A program made the position numbers and the translations under genes. A stretch of 13,580 bases of DNA from a virus (lineage: Duplodnaviria > Heunggongvirae > Uroviricota > Caudoviricetes). The notes under the pieces are model-generated. The model was not told the DNA's origin. It saw only the letters and a program-made list of their open reading frames with translations, and searched no databases. The DNA is taken from IMG/VR virus record IMGVR_UViG_3300012984_000013, positions 1 to 13,580 of that record; one strand, written 5' to 3'. This document shows positions 8,101-13,580 of the stretch, piece by piece (positions within the stretch are counted from its first letter, which is position 1; every line of letters begins with the position of its first letter).

Positions 8101-10020
8101 ATTATTCAAGAATGTTTTAGCAACACCAGCAAGTGGTTGAAAGTCTCTTTTTAAATGAAGTGATCTAATTGATTTAGAAAGCTCATTAAGTCTTTCATTC
8201 TTCAAATGCTGTTCTTCAGGGGATGATATGGTGTTATATATCTTCTTATGATACTCTCTTAAAGACCTTGTTAATTTATCAATGTCCTGATCTCCAGAGG
8301 TTTCTGTATCCAAAGGTACAGGTAATAAGTATAAATTAGGTTCCTTTGTAGGATCTAAATTACCTATTTCTATAGAAGTTAAATGAAGTTTTTTCTTTCT
8401 TTCTATATAATTAGCCTGGAAAGGAATCATTCTAGCCTTTCTAAGCTGTTGAGGTTTAACCCCATAATTATACATCATTTGAGTATATTCCTTCATTTGC
8501 TCATTCCACTCTTTCTTCTTATACCAAGGAATATCTTCCTGATATTCAGTGTTTATACTGGCAAATTTCCAATCGTATATATCCATTTTAAAGCTATCAC
8601 CATCTGGTTCAATAGCTACGAAATCCATAGTAGAGGCAAGTTTTCCCTTTACTTTCTCATTGATAACTTTCTTTTCTGTGATAAACCTAGTTCCAGGTTT
8701 GTAACTATTGATAAGTTCAGTAGCAAATCTTTTCAACTTTTGCTCTACTTTATTATCCAATTCACTGGTTACCTCAATATCTTTAGGAGTTTCAAGGGCA
8801 AAACCTTGCTTATCTATAAGATTAGTTTCTATATAGTTAGCTATATAATTATGTCCTTCAGATCCCCATTGCTTTTTGGCATCATCTTCTGCCTTCTGCT
8901 CAGGTGTCCTTTCTTCAAAATTCTGCTTAGAATTTTCTTTTAATTTCTCAGTAACTGATCTAGCTACTTCTGCTTCATCAAAAGTATAATGACGCTTTTT
9001 ATCCCCCATTTGAGGAACAAGCTCCATTCTTTTGTCTATATCAAGAATCTTATCATAAATAGTATTGACTGATGTATTTCTTTCTATATTATAGAAAGTA
9101 GCATTTTCAATACCTTCAATTTCTTCATTGACTACTTCTCCTGATAGAATAGAGGTGGCTACTTGCTCAAATACATCAATGTTGGCTTTTCTATATTGAC
9201 CTTTAATCCAGTCAAGAATATCTTGCCACATCTGATATACCAGGGATCTATTTTCTTCTTTTGCTAATTCTGGATATTGTTCTAGATTTTCAGACTTATT
9301 AATAATAACTTCAGCAATAAGCTTATCTACAGCTTCTTTTTTAATCTTTCTTATATCTGGCTTACCATTTTCAAGTTGATAGTTTCTAAAACCTTTATAT
9401 AGATTCAAAGTATCTCTATATATCTTAAACCTATCTATCTTAGAGATCATTTCAGTCACTAACTTAGGGTCCTTATGCTCTATAAAATAAGTAGCTATAT
9501 GGACCATTTCTTCAGTAAGAGTTTCATTCTCTTTACCTTCAGCTATAGCTATAACATTATGAGCTAAATCTGCAAGAGCGTTAATACCCGTGGCTTGTAT
9601 TCCTATAACTTTAGCATAGTCTTGTAGACCTTTAAGATCAATACCCATTTTATCAAGTAAACTCTTGATCTTTTTGACAGTAACATCAGAAGCTACTGTT
9701 TGACCTATACCTTGCTCTTTGTTAAACAACACTTCCTGTTTCTCAACAGAAAGAGGTAATACGTTAATATTTAAAGAATGTTTACCATTACCTATAGAAG
9801 GAAGAGTAGCTATACCTGTCCCAAATTTAGCAACAATTTGGGACACAAATTCAGTAGCTTTAGGATAAGAGTTTTTAATAGTAACAAATCTGTTAGCTTC
9901 TCTTCTAAAAGCACCTGAGGACTTAGCATCCTCAAGAATAGTCATGTGGATACCTTCCAAACGAGCTTTCTCTGTTTCAGATAGTTGTGCAGATTGAATA
10001 TAAGGAATTTGACAGGCCAT
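5137..10020 (-). CDS. Large probable virion cargo/ejection protein with N-terminal zincin-like domain, PD-(D/E)xK nuclease domain and helical C-terminal region
   Basis: 1627-aa ORF next to the virion RNAP locus. Motifs: TLTEEMVH (aa 167-174) with a later EAVDKLIAE; SVT / GSEGH / E449 / D466 / DWK (483-485) / QMKEY. The remainder is charged and helical-looking, with a hydrophobic LYILAGLVGLVVAV near the C-terminus. Confidence 0.7.
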   Translation of the reverse strand: MACQIPYIQSAQLSETEKARLEGIHMTILEDAKSSGAFRREANRFVTIKNSYPKATEFVSQIVAKFGTGIATLPSIGNGKHSLNINVLPLSVEKQEVLFNKEQGIGQTVASDVTVKKIKSLLDKMGIDLKGLQDYAKVIGIQATGINALADLAHNVIAIAEGKENETLTEEMVHIATYFIEHKDPKLVTEMISKIDRFKIYRDTLNLYKGFRNYQLENGKPDIRKIKKEAVDKLIAEVIINKSENLEQYPELAKEENRSLVYQMWQDILDWIKGQYRKANIDVFEQVATSILSGEVVNEEIEGIENATFYNIERNTSVNTIYDKILDIDKRMELVPQMGDKKRHYTFDEAEVARSVTEKLKENSKQNFEERTPEQKAEDDAKKQWGSEGHNYIANYIETNLIDKQGFALETPKDIEVTSELDNKVEQKLKRFATELINSYKPGTRFITEKKVINEKVKGKLASTMDFVAIEPDGDSFKMDIYDWKFASINTEYQEDIPWYKKKEWNEQMKEYTQMMYNYGVKPQQLRKARMIPFQANYIERKKKLHLTSIEIGNLDPTKEPNLYLLPVPLDTETSGDQDIDKLTRSLREYHKKIYNTISSPEEQHLKNERLNELSKSIRSLHLKRDFQPLAGVAKTFLNNAAKVFKSFEDVDYTKLSNDEINLRLGELLDIQESAGKFASLDEAFLKHFPKDGLSEDDKDLLTSLEKISSSTRRMLDRIKDIFNNYTVYKATKEGLGESVLSPEIEIGSFAKTFLEGSKLSSKIVRLASNLILKAKSLVDIVVTKLTDKLSPLLVELEKEAKAKGKSAFSLIGNVTSKGLQLISKIDPEFKKDVFKNRKEKKKDFFIENMDMEKYNKLSKEVITRREEEENKKHYSDDKRFDDFKRKQAITKIHQSLDIESKDFNGYEDYDFKRLFWDSLKEEDHLSKEYKEMSETARKTWQFFTDLNIKARQLGYLSGRNGLSFFPLMEATIIEKLLKTNNLLTESGQILKDSYTVRAEEEAAYSKIDEETGELKKEIPKLFTRSNKAVGQLSTDITKVGALWIKALSQYESSRNIENTLLVLHNVEKNKGRIVTDSSGRPIFEGGVPKTIEENEKNSAILETIIDDAVYGLSENLSSIGNIGLSKAVDVAKPDSTEESKEETKLSTKKALTNANKLVQSLAVGLKLLVAIPNYVGFNMQAAINAGRLITFKEFEKNNAKITTNTLSSLEKGLLDKIVPLNEDSSQEARRKLAKKQGFLDYINTWTFHDVMMVTNSFPDRLLQFASALSFLENTMIVDGKMVNIRQYVREQDREAKKDLAYEDRRELEKSYENRVKKLKDEKSLVKVAKLTDEGVDIPGVSDEELAKYRVKIIEYTRNLSGQMNQNNKADYRRDTILKSFMMFKGWIPKQVSLRTLDINKNLELDQWEYGRTRAFVKTIQHLGFRNIANIRDILLGTDKGLSILKDIYDKKKEAYYQKTGQELEISEQEFYDLMRDEIQNQVKELYILAGLVGLVVAVKLAEPPEDEDDKHSINQYKFWAKASNKIMDELWFYYNPLSFESMTRGSVIPALGLAVKAERFFEALGKETYARAIDDQQMIDKTHPLKYFLNLMPVGSQIQNEILPIIDPEAAKEMGIRVSAEARAMR

Positions 10021-10508
10021 TAATTGGTTGTTAAGAAATAATAAAAGTTAACTAAAAAGTGACAAGCTACAGAAGAAATGTAAGAATATCCATTTTTAAG
10101 ATAAACATAACAGAATAATAATCCAGCCACTCCTTGTATAGGAACACTCCATGCTCCTTGGCTATGAATGTATCCGAAAAGAGTAGATGAAAATAGGACA
10201 TATAATAATATTATTTTCTCATGTTCGAATTTTTTAAGTAAACTAAGGGGTTTTCTAAAAAAGACCTCCTCTACCAATGGAGCTAATATACACATAGATA
10301 TAAAGGAGTGTATAGTAGACTCAACAAACATAAATTGTAATTTAATTGTTCCAAATTCTGGAATAAACGATTTATATATAAACAAGATGAAAGTAGCCCA
10401 CATAATATAAGCTGCGGCTCCAAAAATAATGTTTTTAATTTTTCCCAGAGTGGTTGTTTCTGGAGTGTGGAGCAGTTCTAGCTCCAACTTACCTATTAAG
10501 TTTCTCAT
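10020..10508 (-). CDS. CPBP family (Abi/CAAX/Rce1-like) intramembrane glutamic/metalloprotease
   Basis: 162-aa hydrophobic ORF with several TM-like segments and the family motifs in order: APLVEEVFFR (EExxxR), FGYIH (FxxxH), HFLVN (HxxxN). Confidence 0.9.
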   Translation of the reverse strand: MRNLIGKLELELLHTPETTTLGKIKNIIFGAAAYIMWATFILFIYKSFIPEFGTIKLQFMFVESTIHSFISMCILAPLVEEVFFRKPLSLLKKFEHEKIILLYVLFSSTLFGYIHSQGAWSVPIQGVAGLLFCYVYLKNGYSYISSVACHFLVNFYYFLTTN

Positions 10509-10509
10509 A

Positions 10510-13500
10510 TTAAATACAATTAGGAAGTATATCTGTTCCGTCTTTCTTCACTTTACTTATTTTTTCAACCTTAGGAGGATATAGTACATTCTCTATAGTT
10601 ACATCAGGTACTTCATCAACCTTAATGAACCCATTATCTATTACAGACTGTTGAGGAATATTGTAGAATTCATTAGCTCTATATGAATCACCCCAAGCAT
10701 TTACAGCCTTAAATATGTTAGATATAGTAGTTTTACCAGCCTTATTAGTATAAGAAGTAGTTAATGGAAGATCATTATCTCCATAAACCTTCTGGAAAAG
10801 ACCTTTCTGAATATAAGAATAGTCACCTTTACTTCTCATTTCTTTCTTCAATTCCTTATCTTTCTTATAGCTAGCAGAAAGTGTTTTCTCCCATGAGTAT
10901 ACAACAAACTCAGATCTACCTTCCTTGGTATAAGGAGATAACTGGATAGTTTCAGGTATTTTATTCTCTCTGACCGCTTTCTTTAGCTTATTATCCAAGA
11001 ATTCTCTCTCAGGAGCATATACATACTTCTTCTCATATCCTGTATAGAAGTCAACAAATGGGGTTTTTAACTTCAGTAATTGTGCCTTTTTGTTAGGTAC
11101 AATATCATCATTAGCCCAGTTATTTCTTTCAAATACATTAATATCCTTAAATTGTTGCAAATTAGGTAATTTATCTAATATAGACAAGGTTTCGTTGTAT
11201 ATATTTTTGAAATCTTCATAAGGAAGAAGATGAGTAAATGATATCTTAGAAGCAGCTAATCCTGACTGTAGTACAGCCACACCTATAATCTTGTTATAAA
11301 GGTGCTGTTCTTCAGGAAGAAGGCTCTTTTTAAGCTCATAAAACCCATAAATTATATGATTTTGGTCATATACCTTGTTATTCTTACCTACAATATAGAG
11401 GTTATTAGGGGTATTTTCCCTAACACTATCACTTGTTTGCTTTATAGAATTGACAATAAAGTTGTTATGTAAAGGATGGTCCTTATCCTTTTTAACCTTA
11501 TTTACAAAGTCCATTATCTGCTTTGTAGCAGATTCCTGGGTATCTGAACCTAATAGGATATCCTTTATACGGGAGTTTATTTTACTATTAGTCTGTACAG
11601 CCCAATCAAATAGATCAGAAACTGCTTTTTGACTAATTTTAACAAAGTCCCTATCATTGTTATTTACATAAGGAAGTAATACTTGCTCCATTACACCTCT
11701 TACAGAATTAGGTTTATCTGAAATAAGGATAGTTGAGAACGCATTTCTTATGTCGTTTATTCTCTTATGTATAGTACCTACAAAGGAGTTGTTCAAGAGG
11801 TCATCTACAGAGCTAATCATTGTAGTTCTGGCCTTTTGAAGCTGTATTTCCTTCTTAAAGGTAATGAAAGGATCACTTATAGTAGCTGTGTCAAAGTTAC
11901 TACCTTGCTGTACATGGAATAAATGCTCTGCCAACTTGGCATATTTGAAGAATTCATCAAGTATAAACAACTGTTCTGCTTTCTCTTTATCAGTCAAACT
12001 GTCAGTATCCTTAGACATAGTTGTCTTAAGTGCTGATTCAGAAGGAATCTGAGTTAACACTATATTTGATCCCTGATAGGATGACTTGGTAAGTTTTGCA
12101 ATATTATCATTGAATAACCAGCTATATCCTGCATTTTCAAGCTCTCTTAAGTAGTCTCTTACAATAGGTTGGTTCATAAAGTAGGCTACTGTATTAATAG
12201 GCACACCTAATTTAATCAAGAACAACCATGTAGAGGCTGTATTAGGAGTAGCTCCTAACTGCATAATCCAAGGACCCTTTGAAATATCCACATATCCATC
12301 AATAAACTGACCTATAATATCAGATATAAGCTGTCCATCTTTGTTTTTGGACAAGGATAAGGTAGGTTTTCCATTAATTTCATTAAATTCTTTGAACTTA
12401 ATTTTACCGTCTCCTAACCACTTTTTGTCATCATCTGGTTGAGTATCCAGTTTAGAATAATCAATGTGGATGAAAGCTCTTTGGTTCTGAGCATTATTAG
12501 TTTGAGAAGTAGCTGCTATACCAATAGCGTATTTACCTCTAACAAAGGCTTGTCTTAAAGAAGACATAAAGTTCCTATCCAATATATTTTTTACGTCAGT
12601 ATAGTCAAATTTAACCTGTTTAGTAGCATTTACTACTTGTTCAGATAATCCTTTTAATTGATCTGCTGAGTTAGGAGTTATTAATCTCTCAAAGTTAAGA
12701 GGGTCTGAAGTCAACTTTTCTAATGACTTAATGTACTCATTCTCAAGTGATTGTCTATATTTCTCTTCAACTACTTTGTCTTTAAATTCTTTGTCATCCT
12801 TGGAATCAAGTAAGTCATCCATAACCTCCTGGACATAGCTATCTTCATAGGATTGCTTTCCAAATATAGCAGTAAATAGGTTATCAATAACCTCATCTTT
12901 ATCTTCTATCTTTCTATTTTTAATCCATTTATTAGCTTTAGCTCTATCCTTTTCAGATAAGAAGTTTCCTTCATCGTACATTTGAGCCAGCTTATCTTTA
13001 GATTTCTGACCATATCCTGAGAATGGAACTTCTTTAGTCTTACCACTTAAGGTATTATATGTGTTTTTAAGGTAGATTGAAAGTTTATCAATATCAAAGT
13101 CAGATCCTACTTTCTTAACAAGAGCAGAAGGAATGATTACAGAATCGCCAAATTCTTCAGGTAAGAATTGCTTTATTCTGAATACATCAATAGAGTTCTG
13201 TTTTTGTGTAGGGATACGGAAACCTATACCTCCTAATACACCAGATTCATTGAGTTCTTTGATAAGCTCCTCATCTGTTTTTTCAGATTTGAACCATCTT
13301 CCAACCATTATTTCACAGACTCTTTTACCATCCTCATCTTCATAGAACTTAAGAATATCTGAAGTATAAGCTCCTTTTTCTTCTTTAGCTCTTACAGATT
13401 CCAATAAAGTAGATGGTACTTGTACTTTCATACCTCCAGAAATAGTAGGTCTGATAACTTGCTTATTAGCAATAGCGTATAGAATATTCCTTATTTGCTG

Positions 13501-13580
13501 GTATGCAGGAGTAGCTTCAAGTACTACATCTCCAGTCTTAAATCCTTCAAAAGCTGAAATAATGTTGTCATTAACCTCTC
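10510..13580 (-). CDS. Virion-associated DNA-dependent RNA polymerase of crAss-like phage type (beta'-like catalytic part), 5' truncated by the window edge
   Basis: Contains GFRIPTQ and VGSDFDIDKL (DFDID at 13087-13101), plus IGIAA and YVDISKGPW segments. The frame stays open upstream of the ORF-track Met at 13431 to the window end (EVNDNIISAFEGFKTGDVVLEATPAYQQIRNILYAIANKQVIRPTISGG-MKVQVP), so the real start lies outside the window. Confidence 0.9.
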   Translation of the reverse strand, partial: EVNDNIISAFEGFKTGDVVLEATPAYQQIRNILYAIANKQVIRPTISGGMKVQVPSTLLESVRAKEEKGAYTSDILKFYEDEDGKRVCEIMVGRWFKSEKTDEELIKELNESGVLGGIGFRIPTQKQNSIDVFRIKQFLPEEFGDSVIIPSALVKKVGSDFDIDKLSIYLKNTYNTLSGKTKEVPFSGYGQKSKDKLAQMYDEGNFLSEKDRAKANKWIKNRKIEDKDEVIDNLFTAIFGKQSYEDSYVQEVMDDLLDSKDDKEFKDKVVEEKYRQSLENEYIKSLEKLTSDPLNFERLITPNSADQLKGLSEQVVNATKQVKFDYTDVKNILDRNFMSSLRQAFVRGKYAIGIAATSQTNNAQNQRAFIHIDYSKLDTQPDDDKKWLGDGKIKFKEFNEINGKPTLSLSKNKDGQLISDIIGQFIDGYVDISKGPWIMQLGATPNTASTWLFLIKLGVPINTVAYFMNQPIVRDYLRELENAGYSWLFNDNIAKLTKSSYQGSNIVLTQIPSESALKTTMSKDTDSLTDKEKAEQLFILDEFFKYAKLAEHLFHVQQGSNFDTATISDPFITFKKEIQLQKARTTMISSVDDLLNNSFVGTIHKRINDIRNAFSTILISDKPNSVRGVMEQVLLPYVNNNDRDFVKISQKAVSDLFDWAVQTNSKINSRIKDILLGSDTQESATKQIMDFVNKVKKDKDHPLHNNFIVNSIKQTSDSVRENTPNNLYIVGKNNKVYDQNHIIYGFYELKKSLLPEEQHLYNKIIGVAVLQSGLAASKISFTHLLPYEDFKNIYNETLSILDKLPNLQQFKDINVFERNNWANDDIVPNKKAQLLKLKTPFVDFYTGYEKKYVYAPEREFLDNKLKKAVRENKIPETIQLSPYTKEGRSEFVVYSWEKTLSASYKKDKELKKEMRSKGDYSYIQKGLFQKVYGDNDLPLTTSYTNKAGKTTISNIFKAVNAWGDSYRANEFYNIPQQSVIDNGFIKVDEVPDVTIENVLYPPKVEKISKVKKDGTDILPNCI

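Noticed and set aside
7336-8943. Plus-strand ORFs of 102 and 186 aa rich in Phe/Leu/Ile that look like membrane proteins
   Set aside because: The hydrophobicity is the mirror of Lys/Glu codons (AAA/GAA) in the 1627-aa gene; fully antisense to a well-supported CDS.
10168-10410. 80-aa plus-strand ORF opposite the CPBP gene
   Set aside because: No motif, while the minus-strand frame carries all the CPBP motifs.
10510-10524. RNAP C-terminus PNCI as a CaaX substrate for the adjacent CAAX-family protease
   Set aside because: Cys is at position -2 rather than -4, and bacteria lack the prenylation step; kept only as a terminal-Cys observation.
9822-12612. Additional TAAATTTG matches on the minus strand (about 9822-9829 and 12605-12612)
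   Set aside because: Inside coding regions, far from any start codon, and likely by chance in AT-rich DNA.
11450-13345. Three short plus-strand ORFs (60, 62, 70 aa)
   Set aside because: Antisense shadows within the RNAP gene.
13429-13431. ATG given as the RNAP start in the ORF track
   Set aside because: The frame is open for all 49 full codons upstream to the window edge and reads as continuous protein; this is an internal Met.
1-13580. CRISPR array, tRNA, intron/intein or IS element
   Set aside because: No spaced direct repeats, cloverleaf, intein motifs or transposase seen; the only gaps between genes are 82 bp, 37 bp and a few nucleotides.

Overview
AT-rich bacteriophage DNA with six closely packed genes, all on the minus strand, most likely from a crAss-like phage (Crassvirales) infecting a Bacteroidota host. 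In transcription order (right to left): (1) the C-terminal >1020 aa of a giant virion RNA polymerase with the crAss-type DFDID catalytic loop, open past the right window edge; (2) a 162-aa CPBP (Abi/CAAX-protease family) intramembrane protease with intact motifs, tightly coupled to both neighbours; (3) a 1627-aa probable virion cargo protein with a zincin-like EExxH domain, a complete PD-(D/E)xK nuclease motif set and a C-terminal hydrophobic segment; then an 82-bp spacer holding a perfect 10-bp inverted repeat and a Bacteroidota-type TAnnTTTG promoter element; (4) a 113-aa Cys-module/poly-Thr protein; (5) a 695-aa tail-fibre-like protein sharing that Cys module; (6) an 855-aa beta-helix + CBM-like + SGNH esterase protein whose TGA 'stop' falls inside an apparent FN3 strand (KTI-TGA-YRIRG). 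The most notable points are the membrane protease embedded between virion cargo genes, the protease+nuclease cargo protein, and the possibly decoded TGA. All family assignments come from motifs read by eye; no searches were run.
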